From Candidatus Obscuribacteraceae bacterium (GTDB lineage: Bacteria > Cyanobacteriota > Vampirovibrionia > Obscuribacterales > Obscuribacteraceae): a DNA stretch of 64,000 nucleotides. Below, piece after piece: positions 9,916 to 19,864 of the stretch. A program made the translations under genes and the position numbers. Location: positions 544,001 to 608,000 of the forward strand of contig JBGAHS010000004.1 of NCBI GenBank assembly GCA_044226015.1, read 5' to 3'. The first letter of the stretch is position 1; every line of letters starts with the position of its first letter. The notes beneath the pieces were generated by a model. That model was not told the origin of the DNA, did not search any database, and saw nothing but the letters and a program-made list of their open reading frames with translations.

Positions 9916-10644
9916 CTATTTTTTTCTGTAAAGTCCAAACCAGGCTGATAAGGTTACCTTGAAGACTTCGAATAGCATTTTTGGAGAGTCGACCAGTACA
10001 TTGACTTTTGAGCCTTCCATGTTTGCCCAGTTGATTGCAACTTCCTCGATTTTGTATCCGCGCATTCGCGCAATGTAGAGTACTTCAACGTCGAAGCCAA
10101 ATCCATCTATTCGATTTACTGAGAAAATATCTTTTGCAGCTTGTTTGTTAAAGAGTTTAAAACCGCATTGCGTGTCATAGAACCCTGGCAAAACGAGACT
10201 TTGAACTATCGCATTGAAAGTGTTTCCAATAAACTTTCGATGCAAGAGAGCTTGCACCTGACGTTCCTTATCTGGTTTTGCTCTTGAACCAATAGCGACA
10301 TCAAAGCCTGAAGAAAGGGCTCTTTCTAGTCGCTCTACTTCTTCGATGGGTGAGCTTCCATCTGCGTCGTTGATTAAAAGAGCATCGCCAAGTGCTGCCA
10401 TCATACCGGCGCGTACCGCATACCCTTTGCCTTTGTTTGGCTGATATGAAACGAGGCGTACTTCCGGATGTGATTTAGAATATTCACTGACAAGATCGGC
10501 AGTATTATCATGGCTGCCGTCATCCACAATCACTATCTCAAAGCCGCGACCTCGTCCACTCAAAAATTGGTAGACTGATTCAAGAGTCTGAGGCAGACGT
10601 CGCTCTTCGTTGTAAGCAGGAATAATTACGCTTAGCTCGACCAT
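9916..10644 (-). CDS. GT2 polyprenyl/dolichyl-phosphate glycosyltransferase (ALG5/DPG-synthase-like)
   Basis: SVIIPAYNEE, VDDGSHD, NKGKGYAVRAG, DADG, DTQCGFKLF and GFGFDVE. Confidence 0.9.
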   Translation of the reverse strand: MVELSVIIPAYNEERRLPQTLESVYQFLSGRGRGFEIVIVDDGSHDNTADLVSEYSKSHPEVRLVSYQPNKGKGYAVRAGMMAALGDALLINDADGSSPIEEVERLERALSSGFDVAIGSRAKPDKERQVQALLHRKFIGNTFNAIVQSLVLPGFYDTQCGFKLFNKQAAKDIFSVNRIDGFGFDVEVLYIARMRGYKIEEVAINWANMEGSKVNVLVDSPKMLFEVFKVTLSAWFGLYRKK

Positions 10645-10897
10645 GGGACTTAGTATAGTCCATGTCAGCTAATGCCTCTTCATGCTTGCGAAGATGGAAA
10701 ATCACTTAGAGTTTTTCAATCCAAGCATCGATATATTTGTTGTATATCCACGGGCGTTCTTTAGCATAGGATTCTGCATTGATGCAGGCTGTCAGGATGA
10801 CACAACTATTCCAAATTTTCCAATTCGAAGCGAAGCAAATCTAAATGGAAATAATCTTGCTGATTGATGATGCAACGATGTCGAGTGCTAAGGTCTT

Positions 10898-11046
10898 TTC
10901 GGGTAGCAACTCCGGTACCGATTCGGTGTAGCAACTCGGTGTAGCAACTCAAGCGGTACCGATTCGGTGTAGCAACTCCGCTACCGATTCGGTGTAGCAA
11001 CTCAAGCGGTACCGTTTCTGTGTAGCAACTCAAGCGGTACCGATTC
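10898..11046. repeat. Non-coding tandem repeat, unit of about 13-28 bp (GGTGTAGCAACTC[AAG]CGGTACCGATTC)
   Basis: 6 copies of GTAGCAACTC and 5 of TACCG(A/T)TTC; no unique spacers. Confidence 0.9.
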
Positions 11047-11099
11047 GTCCATCAACTTAGAACGGGAAGAAGTTTGGATACTTCGATCAGGAGTTGAGA

Positions 11100-14054
11100 T
11101 TACTTTTCTTGGTTTTCTTTGGGCACTAGCGCATCGTACAGTGGGGCGTTGAATTCGCTGCGGTAAGGCTGTGGCATGCGACCACCAAAAAGATTCTTAC
11201 CTGCTGGGCTGGTCCAGAAGAAGTTCGCAGCTAGCTGTTTTGCTGTAGCTGAGTACATGCTGCCACCATTTGCTAGAACTCTATTTTCAATGAGACCGCC
11301 GGCTTTGCCGCCGAAGAATGAACCGAGAAGATTTCCCGGAACATCAGTTGCGACTTTATATGTGCTACCGAGCGCCCAGTCTCCTGCGCTCTGGTAATTT
11401 CCGGTCAATGCTTCAGATGGATATCTGTATGCAATCGAGCCAGCGGTAGCCGCGCTGAATGAAGCGAGGAATCTTGAACCGCCAGCTGCTATAGCAAACT
11501 TATCGGCAAGTCCAGCCGCGCGGAAGGCCGCAAATGTTTGACCTTCACCGATAACGATTCCGCGTTCAGCTTGTTGAGCAATTACGTTCTTGATAGCGGC
11601 TGTTCCTGCTCCTCTAGCGACAGCATAGGTCGTACCTGCTACGCCACCAGTCATGCCTGAAACACCGTCAAGTGCTGCGCTCACAAGTGTAACTTTGTCA
11701 CCAAATACATAGTGACGTATCGCACTGCCAGTAGCTGCGCCTGCAGCGAATCCTACTGCGCCACCACCTATGATGGCACCTGGACCTGACCATGAGAACA
11801 ACGCCGCAGCACCGACTCCGGCGAGAGCGCCTACTGTCCATGAAGCTAAAGATATGGCTACTTCTTTGAGCGCGCCTTTAGTCCATTTCCAGAGGCTTTC
11901 TCCCCATCCGAGTTCTCTGGTTGCTTCTTTGATGTCGCCCCATTGGGTTCTGCCATCGTGCCCTGGAACAGAATTCAACATCGAAATCATGTCGGCGCCA
12001 TATTTGTCTTTCTCTATTTCTGCAACAAGCGGATTCTTCTCACCTTTGTCGAAAGCAATATCGATATCGAGCATAGCGAGACGAGCCTGATTAACAGCTT
12101 GTTTTTGGAACTCCATCTGTTGAATCATTGAATATGCGCTCACGGCGTCAAACAATGCTGACTTGTCTTTCAATGAACCCGCTAACTTGTCGATAACAGC
12201 TTTGTTTGCCTGATCTGCAGGTTTCATGCATTCTACAAGACCTGCTACCAATTCCTTCTCGCGAGCTGTTTGTTGTTGCGGTGGTTTCATCACAGCTTGT
12301 AGCATTTCTATCTTTGCTGTATCGCGTTCAGCCGCTGGTTTCGACATTTCCTGGTTGATTTCTTTCTGCAGGTTCGATTTGACTGCTACTTCGTTTTCAT
12401 TGGCTCCATCTCGATTTATTCTCGCTGCTATTGTGGCAGCTTGTGCAGCCTTTTCGCGAGCAAGCTTGAAGTCCTTGACGATATCTTCGTCGTTCTTTTC
12501 TGTAGCTGCTTTCTGTTTTAGAGCATCATATTCTTGCATTGCTTTGTTAAACGCAAGCATGGATGCCTGGTTGCTATCAGAACCTTTGAGGGCTCTTTCC
12601 ATGAGTGCATCGAACTGTTCGCCCGATTGAGATGCAGCTGCTTTACCCGCTTCATCAAATCGAAGGTTGAGCAATATGTCACGAGCATATTTACGGTTAG
12701 ATTCGCTATCTTTGTTCTTGTCACCGTTTAACAGGAAGTCTGCGTAAGCGATGTCGACCTTCTGTTTTGCATATTTGAAGGAGTCTAGAATTTGAGCTTC
12801 ATTGATTAGTTTGAGTTGGCGCTCTTGCTGAATCTGGACTTCTAATTGTGTTGCAGTGCCTTTGCTCACACGCTCTTCCAGTGCCATTCTGTCTTTGTTT
12901 GCGTCTTCAATTTGTTTTTGAAGTTCTTGAACGTCTTTCTCGACATCAAATGGCTTGGCGGCAAGCATACGAGCCTTATCCATATCTTGGCGCGCGCCAT
13001 CAATGTCTCCAGCCTTCGTTTTCTGAGCTGCGCTTTCAACGAGGGTATATGGATTGTTTGGATTCGCGAGATATTTTTCGCGGATGTTATTGTCGAAAGA
13101 CGCATCTCTGGCTTGCGTAATCTGGCTTTCAAGACGATTCATAAGTTCTGATCTGCCTACTGGCGAATTTAGTTCGTTGGCGATTGCTTTTGCATCGTCA
13201 ATCATTTTCTTCGCCATGTTTGGAGAGCTAGCCATAGCCAATTCGGCTGCCGGGTTTTCTACACCCTTGAGAAAATCAGCATATCTTTGTCGAGTCACGA
13301 TCGGCGTTTCTTGCATGATACGCAGTTCGCGATATTGTCCTTCGAGATTAGATTGATTCTCAACTGATGTCTTTAGTGCGCTCAGTTTTTCAATTTGTGG
13401 TGGTGTCAGATTCTTGTTGTCTTGTATGTATCTCGAGATCAGAGTTGCATCCAGATAATCGCCAACAGCAGGGTTGATGCCCTGAGCAGCGAGGTCTTTC
13501 TTTAGAGTTTGGGTCTGGTTTGTGGCTGCTTCGAGCTCTTTCTTTGTGGACATTGTAGCGCCAATTACCGCATCGGGATTTTTCATTGCGGTATCAGCTA
13601 TGGTGACTGCCACCATATGACCTTCATTAATTTGTCCGATCAACTGCTCCATGACTTTGCTGACTTCGATTTGTCCGCCCTGACCATCAGGAATCTTTCC
13701 TTCCTTCATTTTGACGGAACCATCAGGCTGTTTTTCAAAGCATGTTTTCATCAGCGCATCTTCAAGCTGTGTCGTCTGTTGAAGTATCGCCTGGATTTCG
13801 TGAATTGGCTTAGTATCAATCTTTGGTGCAGGGTTGCTCTTATCAGTTTCGCTTGTGCGAACTACTTCTGTTTGCTTTGGCGTTTCTGGCTTCGTTTCCA
13901 GTTTCGGTAGCTCAAATTTTACCTCAGCTGGCTTGTTATCAGCTTTTGGGGCGCTCCCAAAGTCAATGCGATTGATCAGCGGACTTGCTTCCTGCTGCTC
14001 ATCTGTTTTGGTGTTTCTCTCAAACGGACTACGCTTTATATGCTCATCAGCCAT
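11100..14054 (-). CDS. Large hypothetical protein: helical TPR-like/coiled-coil body with a C-terminal Gly/Ala-rich hydrophobic domain
   Basis: 984 aa ORF, no signal peptide; VGALAGVGAAALFSWSGPGAIIGGGAVGFAAGAATG glycine-zipper segment. Confidence 0.8.
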   Translation of the reverse strand: MADEHIKRSPFERNTKTDEQQEASPLINRIDFGSAPKADNKPAEVKFELPKLETKPETPKQTEVVRTSETDKSNPAPKIDTKPIHEIQAILQQTTQLEDALMKTCFEKQPDGSVKMKEGKIPDGQGGQIEVSKVMEQLIGQINEGHMVAVTIADTAMKNPDAVIGATMSTKKELEAATNQTQTLKKDLAAQGINPAVGDYLDATLISRYIQDNKNLTPPQIEKLSALKTSVENQSNLEGQYRELRIMQETPIVTRQRYADFLKGVENPAAELAMASSPNMAKKMIDDAKAIANELNSPVGRSELMNRLESQITQARDASFDNNIREKYLANPNNPYTLVESAAQKTKAGDIDGARQDMDKARMLAAKPFDVEKDVQELQKQIEDANKDRMALEERVSKGTATQLEVQIQQERQLKLINEAQILDSFKYAKQKVDIAYADFLLNGDKNKDSESNRKYARDILLNLRFDEAGKAAASQSGEQFDALMERALKGSDSNQASMLAFNKAMQEYDALKQKAATEKNDEDIVKDFKLAREKAAQAATIAARINRDGANENEVAVKSNLQKEINQEMSKPAAERDTAKIEMLQAVMKPPQQQTAREKELVAGLVECMKPADQANKAVIDKLAGSLKDKSALFDAVSAYSMIQQMEFQKQAVNQARLAMLDIDIAFDKGEKNPLVAEIEKDKYGADMISMLNSVPGHDGRTQWGDIKEATRELGWGESLWKWTKGALKEVAISLASWTVGALAGVGAAALFSWSGPGAIIGGGAVGFAAGAATGSAIRHYVFGDKVTLVSAALDGVSGMTGGVAGTTYAVARGAGTAAIKNVIAQQAERGIVIGEGQTFAAFRAAGLADKFAIAAGGSRFLASFSAATAGSIAYRYPSEALTGNYQSAGDWALGSTYKVATDVPGNLLGSFFGGKAGGLIENRVLANGGSMYSATAKQLAANFFWTSPAGKNLFGGRMPQPYRSEFNAPLYDALVPKENQEK

Positions 14055-14175
14055 GAATGCTTACCTGCTCTGCCATAGACGTTATTCCCATTAGCGCCTT
14101 GTCTAAATCTACACAGGGCCGGGGTTTCCTGGACAATGAGACAGTTTAAATCGAGAAATTCCACGAAATTTCCAC

Positions 14176-14210
14176 AAAAAGACAAAACAGCCACCTTTCG
14201 ATGGCTGCTT
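14176..14210 (-). terminator. Rho-independent terminator of the 1715-aa gene
   Basis: On the minus strand CAGCCATC-GAAA-GGTGGCTG followed by TTTTGTCTTTTT. Confidence 0.75.
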
Positions 14211-14232
14211 CGATTCTCTATTACGAGACTAT

Positions 14233-17200
14233 TTACTGCTGTTGTTGTTGCTTTTTCATGTCTTCAGCAACTTGGGCAGCTTTTCCATTTACTTCTGCTA
14301 CTCGTTTGGAAGCAGCCTGGTACATAGTGTCGTAAATACTTGCCTCTCCGAAACGAGAGCTTGCATCCATTGTTGGGCGAGCAAACATCAGCGCTGCTGA
14401 GCCCATTGATGTGGTTGCATATGCTGCATCAACTCCTGGGAGTCGGGAGAACATATTGTTGACGCCCTTGCTGACTCCATTCTGCCAGCTTTGCGGCACC
14501 ATCATCTTTGCACCAATTGGAATCACGATCGAACTTACAAGACCGGTTTGGATACCAGCTTTGTTCATGTCAGTCAGGTAATCGTTGATGGTGCTGTACT
14601 TCTTGCCGTCTAGGTGCTCGCCGGTGTAGATTGCGGCACCCTTGTTCAGTGCCCCATAACCATAGCCAGCAGCGAACAAGCCCATGGTCTTAGCCGCGAA
14701 CTGTCTGGAGTTGTATTCCACCAGGTTCATGGCTCCGCTGCCCAGCAGTTGTGCTGTGCGCTCACCACCGAAGCCAGCGTACTGGAATCCTTGCCACAGT
14801 TTCCAGCCCTGACCGGTGGCCGGTGCGTAGCGGAAAGGTGTGTAGGTCAGAGGATTGAGACGGCTTGGTGCTGCTTCAGCAAGTGAAACAAGCCAGCCCT
14901 TCTTTGCTGTTTCTGCGCTGAGTGCAGTCAATTCCTTACCGAGTTGAGCTCCTGTGAGACCTTCTGGAACACCAGTTCCAAACTTGGACAGTGTTTCAGC
15001 AGACAATGGTCTGTTCATTGGGAGGTATTCAATTCCCTTAATCGCAGCGTAGGTTGTGCCTGTTGCTACGGTGTTACGGATATATCCTCTTGAAGCGAGC
15101 AGATCATGTCCTGATACTGCGTTGTTGGTGGCACCACCAACAACGAGTGCTGAGCCAGCGACAATAGGCACTTTGGCCCACAGCGGCATTGGAGCCTTTT
15201 CAAGGTAGTTTGTAAGGCCGTTCAATCCCATGTTGACCCCGTATCCGGTCAAGAATGAGCTGCCTACGCCGGCTACGTCGCCCAGGAGTCCGCGAATCTG
15301 ATTGTTGCCATCGTTGACGGTCTGGTCACGTTGAGCTTTAGCTTCCGCTGGATTGCTCAATTGTGCCCATGCAAGCTGTTGAATAAGTTTATCGCTTGCT
15401 TCCTTGCTTCCGCCGAAGAGTCCGCCTACAAGCGGCACTTCAGAGATGTAGTGGCCAGTTGTCTTCACGGCTAAGAGGTTGCCAGTCATCGAAGCTCCTG
15501 GAATGAAGGCATCGACCAATCCTGTTTGTGTCTTGGAGATTGTGTCTTTGGCCGATTCGCTGAAGGCGACTGCAGCTGCTTTTCCGTTTGCAGTCTCGAT
15601 TTGCTTGCCTTGTTCGGCTTGCTTGAGAGCACCGAGCACTTCTGGGCTTTGCGAGAATGTGCGTGGATCAACTGTCGCTATGCTTTCAACCAGTTCTTTT
15701 CCTTGTTTCTTAGCAGTTTCGTCACCGACTGCAAAACCATATTCACTCGCTTTGAGCGCGTGTTGCATTCTTATCCAGGCAACGCCTTCAGATTTTTGCT
15801 GAAGAATTGCCAGAGCATTCAAGGTGCCTCTGTCTGCATCGGTCAACACTCGTTGCATAGCCAACTGCAGTTGTTGTGTTTCTGGTGAAGCAGGCTTGCC
15901 GGTTTGACCAAGCAGAGCATCAAGCATCTCGTTTGGAGTCATTCCATTTGGATGATCCTTATCAGTTCTGCTCATCAAATCTTTTACGATTTTGGCATCC
16001 TTATCTTTTTCTGGTCCATCTGGTCCAGGCAACTTGGTGCGATCATTCTTGAAATTGTCCAGAGACATCATCAATTGGGACTTCATTGACTCAACATTTT
16101 CGTTGACTCTCTGCAGAGATTCAGCAACGGTCTTGCCCTGTCCACGTTGCATGATTTCTGCTTCGATGGATGCTTCTGCCTGTTTGAAGAGAGCGTCAGC
16201 TTGCTTCCACTGCTCTTTAGGATCTTTCGTTTTGTCCGCCATCAAATCCATGGCTTGCTTTGTCAGCTTAAGTTCTGGGAAGAGTTTGTCTTGCTCGTCT
16301 TGTAACTTAGACATCTGAGGAGTCTTGAGCTTGAGATCAGAAAGCAGTTTCTGTCCATCAGAGGTAGCTTGCAGTAATGCTGCTGCGTCTGGATTTTCCA
16401 TCGCCTTGGTTACGAGTGCTGCAGCCTTAGCTTTGTTAGCATCACCACCCTGAAGGGCGAGAGCTTGAGCTAACTGTAAGCGTGCTTCATCAACATGCTT
16501 GAAGTTATCGATACCCTGCATGGTATCAGCGTATGTTTTTGCGAACATACCCTCTGGCTTGCCAATCAGGTTCATTCGAGCATCGATAGCGCTGGCGAGT
16601 TTGGGATCAATAGCCTTTTGCTCTGCAATCTTCGCGTTGAGTGCAGCCGTGTAAGCTGCTTGCAATTTCGTTTGATCGCTGCCGGCGTCTTTCTGTGCCT
16701 GCTCCATGCTTGCAGCGAATTTCTTCTCCGCATCCATGTACTTCTTAGCATTGTCAGGGTTGAGTCCATTGACTGCAGCATTGAGGTCGGAGTTGACCTT
16801 AGCCCAGTTTTGAACGGCTGAAGACATCGCTGCCTGGAGATCTTCACGTGTAACCTTTTGCAGGTCTTCCGGTTTGAGATCTTCTAGCTTGGTTTTGCCA
16901 GTTTTTTGAAGAGCAACTATCAGAGCCATCTGATTAGCCAGCGTATCTTGTGCTTGCTGTTCGGAAGCTGCGATAAGTTCTTTTTTGATCGAAGCATTAG
17001 CTTCTAACGCTTTTTCCCAAACTGGAAGCAGCTTGTCGAAGTCTTCTGTCTTCATCGGCTTGCTGGCTTGTTCAGTTGCCTTTAGATATGACATGTACGC
17101 GTCATTAAGTACTGACGGTGACTGTGCCTGTTCTGCCGTCAACTCTCCATCAGCCGGTTTTGCAGCCGGATCTTTAGCAGGTTGTGTCTGGTCCTTAGGC

Positions 17201-19380
17201 AGCTGTGTCTGGTCCTTCGGAGGTTGCTGTGTCTGGTCCTTCGGAGGCTCTTGTGTCTGGTCCTTCGGAGGCTGTTGTGTCTGGTCCTTAGGAGGTTGAG
17301 CTTGGTCTTGCTGCGGATTCGGTGTTGTTTCCTTAGGTGCAGCTACTTTGGAAAGATCAACTCCGAGACCTTTTGCTACATCAGCCAGAGCAGGTACCAG
17401 AGATGCATCAGCTTTGGCTAATTCAGCTACCATGCGGCGAGCTTCGGCCACGCTCTTATCGTTCTCTAGCTTCTTAGCGTCTGGGCTGCTCTTGTCTGCG
17501 ACAGCACCGTATGCTTTGACGTTCTGGTCTTCAAGCAATTTGTTCAGGTAGACACCACGAGCGGTGACAGAGCTCATCATGATGCGCGACAATTCTCTGT
17601 TCATCGCATCAGCATTTGCTACTGTTCTGACAGCATCGGTGAGACCTGCTTTCTTGTCTCGCTCAGTTTCTTTTGCAATCAGTTCAGCTTCTGTGCCGAG
17701 ATAGTTGTTGTACTTAGTTTTGATTTCTGCCCATTTTGCTGGATCTGCAGTAAGCAAATCTTTCGCTGCCTTGTTCTCTGGCTTGTTGAGCCATGGATCG
17801 AGGTCTTGTGGTTTCTTGACGCCTTCCCACATTTTCTGGAGGGCATCAACCTGGTTTGGCTGCAACTTGTCTTTGAGTGAAGCCAGGTCATTGAAGGCAG
17901 CGTCATTTTTCTTTGAAAGTGCAGCGTACTCATCAAGCCATCTCTTAGCTTCAGGATTCTTTGCGATTAGTTGATCGTTGGAATCCATAACTTTGGCTAG
18001 GGAGACGCGATCTAATTTGTCTGCGCTTTCAATAACTGTGTTGTACAAACCGCGACTATTGTCATCGAGCGGCTTGCCCTTCATCGCGTTATCGAGTTGC
18101 GCTTGCATCATAGCCGGGTCGCTGCCATCGAACATAGCGGGAACTGGTGTTCCATCTGGTCCGAGGCGACGGATGCCTTTGGCATCAGTCAAAGGTTCGC
18201 CATCCATTCCGAGAATGGCTCCATCTTTGTTTTGGACTGGCTTAAGGATGCCATCTGCACGAACATATTGTTCTTGTTTTGTGGTGCCGTCAGTTTGTTT
18301 GACGTCGCGGCTCATCGTGAACGGTTTAGACGCGCTACCATCTGGATTTTGTTGGGTCCAGGTTGGAAGATGTTTGCCACGGAAATCGAGGTAATACTGA
18401 TTGTTCTCAACGCCAACTTTAGCAGTTGATCCAGGAACGTCTACTCTGCCATCGCCCATAGGAGGCTGTTGTTGATCGCCCTTAGGAGGCTGTTGTTGAT
18501 CGCCCTTAGGTGGTTGTTGCTGGTCACCCTTAGGTGGTTGTTGTTGATCGCCCTGAGGCGGTTGTTGCTGGTCGCCCTTAGGAGGCTGTTGTTGATCGCC
18601 CTTCGGTGGCTGTTGTTGATCGCCTGGCTTGCCTCCGCCGATAACAGCGTTCATAGCTGCTTCGTAGTGTCTCTGGAAGTTCGCATCGCCGCTCATTGCA
18701 GGGTCAAACTCTGCTGCTTTGTTAACCAGCGCCATGCCTGCTTTCGCGAAGTTGGCTCTGTTTTCACCCTGGAGGTCAGCGCTATGGAACATCAGAGCCA
18801 ATGCGTTGTTAGCGCGGGCATAACCTGATGAACGAAGTAGGTCTTTAATTTGATTTGTAGATTCAAGAGTTTCACGAAGTTTTTTCTGTCCTTCGGGTGT
18901 CTTGTCTTGAGACATCTGCTGCATGCCTTGCTCCATCTGAGCAAGCTGCTGGCGCAATTGAATGTTCTCTTTCGACGGAATTGGATTTCCGGTCGAGTCT
19001 CTGCGAGGATTGCCTTGCTCATCGCAGACAAAAAGGAATTTGTCAGCTGCCAATCGAGCACTGTTGTAGTGTTGTTGTGCCGATTCTAACGCTTTCTGGT
19101 AGGCTTCACTGCCGCCATCATTGCTGCCTTTCGGTCCGCCGCCTTTTGCGACGATGTCCGTGACACCAATCATGCCTTCTTTTGCAGCCTTCAACTCCGT
19201 GAAAACGGTTTGATAGGTCTGCCCAGCGTCTTTTGGTTTGTCGCCCTGATCACCAACCCGGGTCACTTCTTTAGGCTGGTAGACCTCAGCACGTAGCTGC
19301 TGGCCAGCATCTTCTGGTTTGACCTGCTCCTTCTCTGCCTTCTCAGGCGGTGGGGGCACAAATCCTTTTCCTTCTACCAT
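14233..19380 (-). CDS. Giant hypothetical protein: helical modules, Pro/Gln repeat linkers and a C-terminal Gly-rich hydrophobic domain
   Basis: 1715 aa ORF, no signal peptide; internal repeats; hydrophobic Gly-rich segments in the last ~450 aa. Confidence 0.85.
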   Translation of the reverse strand: MVEGKGFVPPPPEKAEKEQVKPEDAGQQLRAEVYQPKEVTRVGDQGDKPKDAGQTYQTVFTELKAAKEGMIGVTDIVAKGGGPKGSNDGGSEAYQKALESAQQHYNSARLAADKFLFVCDEQGNPRRDSTGNPIPSKENIQLRQQLAQMEQGMQQMSQDKTPEGQKKLRETLESTNQIKDLLRSSGYARANNALALMFHSADLQGENRANFAKAGMALVNKAAEFDPAMSGDANFQRHYEAAMNAVIGGGKPGDQQQPPKGDQQQPPKGDQQQPPQGDQQQPPKGDQQQPPKGDQQQPPKGDQQQPPMGDGRVDVPGSTAKVGVENNQYYLDFRGKHLPTWTQQNPDGSASKPFTMSRDVKQTDGTTKQEQYVRADGILKPVQNKDGAILGMDGEPLTDAKGIRRLGPDGTPVPAMFDGSDPAMMQAQLDNAMKGKPLDDNSRGLYNTVIESADKLDRVSLAKVMDSNDQLIAKNPEAKRWLDEYAALSKKNDAAFNDLASLKDKLQPNQVDALQKMWEGVKKPQDLDPWLNKPENKAAKDLLTADPAKWAEIKTKYNNYLGTEAELIAKETERDKKAGLTDAVRTVANADAMNRELSRIMMSSVTARGVYLNKLLEDQNVKAYGAVADKSSPDAKKLENDKSVAEARRMVAELAKADASLVPALADVAKGLGVDLSKVAAPKETTPNPQQDQAQPPKDQTQQPPKDQTQEPPKDQTQQPPKDQTQLPKDQTQPAKDPAAKPADGELTAEQAQSPSVLNDAYMSYLKATEQASKPMKTEDFDKLLPVWEKALEANASIKKELIAASEQQAQDTLANQMALIVALQKTGKTKLEDLKPEDLQKVTREDLQAAMSSAVQNWAKVNSDLNAAVNGLNPDNAKKYMDAEKKFAASMEQAQKDAGSDQTKLQAAYTAALNAKIAEQKAIDPKLASAIDARMNLIGKPEGMFAKTYADTMQGIDNFKHVDEARLQLAQALALQGGDANKAKAAALVTKAMENPDAAALLQATSDGQKLLSDLKLKTPQMSKLQDEQDKLFPELKLTKQAMDLMADKTKDPKEQWKQADALFKQAEASIEAEIMQRGQGKTVAESLQRVNENVESMKSQLMMSLDNFKNDRTKLPGPDGPEKDKDAKIVKDLMSRTDKDHPNGMTPNEMLDALLGQTGKPASPETQQLQLAMQRVLTDADRGTLNALAILQQKSEGVAWIRMQHALKASEYGFAVGDETAKKQGKELVESIATVDPRTFSQSPEVLGALKQAEQGKQIETANGKAAAVAFSESAKDTISKTQTGLVDAFIPGASMTGNLLAVKTTGHYISEVPLVGGLFGGSKEASDKLIQQLAWAQLSNPAEAKAQRDQTVNDGNNQIRGLLGDVAGVGSSFLTGYGVNMGLNGLTNYLEKAPMPLWAKVPIVAGSALVVGGATNNAVSGHDLLASRGYIRNTVATGTTYAAIKGIEYLPMNRPLSAETLSKFGTGVPEGLTGAQLGKELTALSAETAKKGWLVSLAEAAPSRLNPLTYTPFRYAPATGQGWKLWQGFQYAGFGGERTAQLLGSGAMNLVEYNSRQFAAKTMGLFAAGYGYGALNKGAAIYTGEHLDGKKYSTINDYLTDMNKAGIQTGLVSSIVIPIGAKMMVPQSWQNGVSKGVNNMFSRLPGVDAAYATTSMGSAALMFARPTMDASSRFGEASIYDTMYQAASKRVAEVNGKAAQVAEDMKKQQQQQ
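17183..17308 (-). repeat. Intragenic repeat encoding (PP)KDQTQx, 5 copies
   Basis: TGTGTCTGGTCCTT recurs at 17183, 17204, 17228, 17252 and 17276. Confidence 0.9.
18457..18624 (-). repeat. Intragenic 24-bp repeat encoding GDQQQPP(K/Q/M), 7 copies
   Basis: 7 x 24 nt with synonymous variation between units. Confidence 0.95.
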
Positions 19381-19864
19381 GTCTTATTACCCTTACGTAA
19401 ATTTAGGCCTTGCGGGAACTTCAGCTTAGCTTTTAATTATTTGCTTGTATGTGTGGAAAATACGTACGATCCACTGGCTCAGATGCAAATTTTATCTAGC
19501 AAGCAACCACAATTGGTGTTCCGTACGAATCTATACGGTGACAGTTGCAATTAGACACGCGCGTATTCCCTGAATGGGAATTACACGAGTGGTTTTGTGG
19601 TTTGATTTTTGTCCCCCAAGAACTGACGCCAACACAGAAAAAATTACCTGCATTTAGCTAAGACCCCGGGGAGGGTCTCAGAACTTAAATTGCCGGTCTG
19701 CTATTTGTACATTTATCACTTGCCCGATTTCGCCGATAATTAATCGTTTCCGGGTGCTGAATTAAAAGTTGGGCTGTGTTTTTTTGCTCTAACTCCAAGT
19801 TTTGCTCAATTATTAAATTTGCTTCCTTATATAAGGTATGGTCGGGAAAGCAAACGATGTCATC

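Noticed and set aside
10806..11033. 75-aa ORF across the tandem repeat
   Set aside because: Its sequence is a translation of the DNA repeat, whose unit lengths are mostly not multiples of 3
10898..11046. CRISPR array
   Set aside because: Repeat units abut with no unique spacers, and there are no cas genes in the window
18469..18828. Leu/Arg-repeat ORF on the + strand
   Set aside because: Antisense reading of the GDQQQPPK repeat
19381..19864. Riboswitch or sRNA in the long leader of the giant gene
   Set aside because: Only short scattered inverted repeats; no recognisable motif
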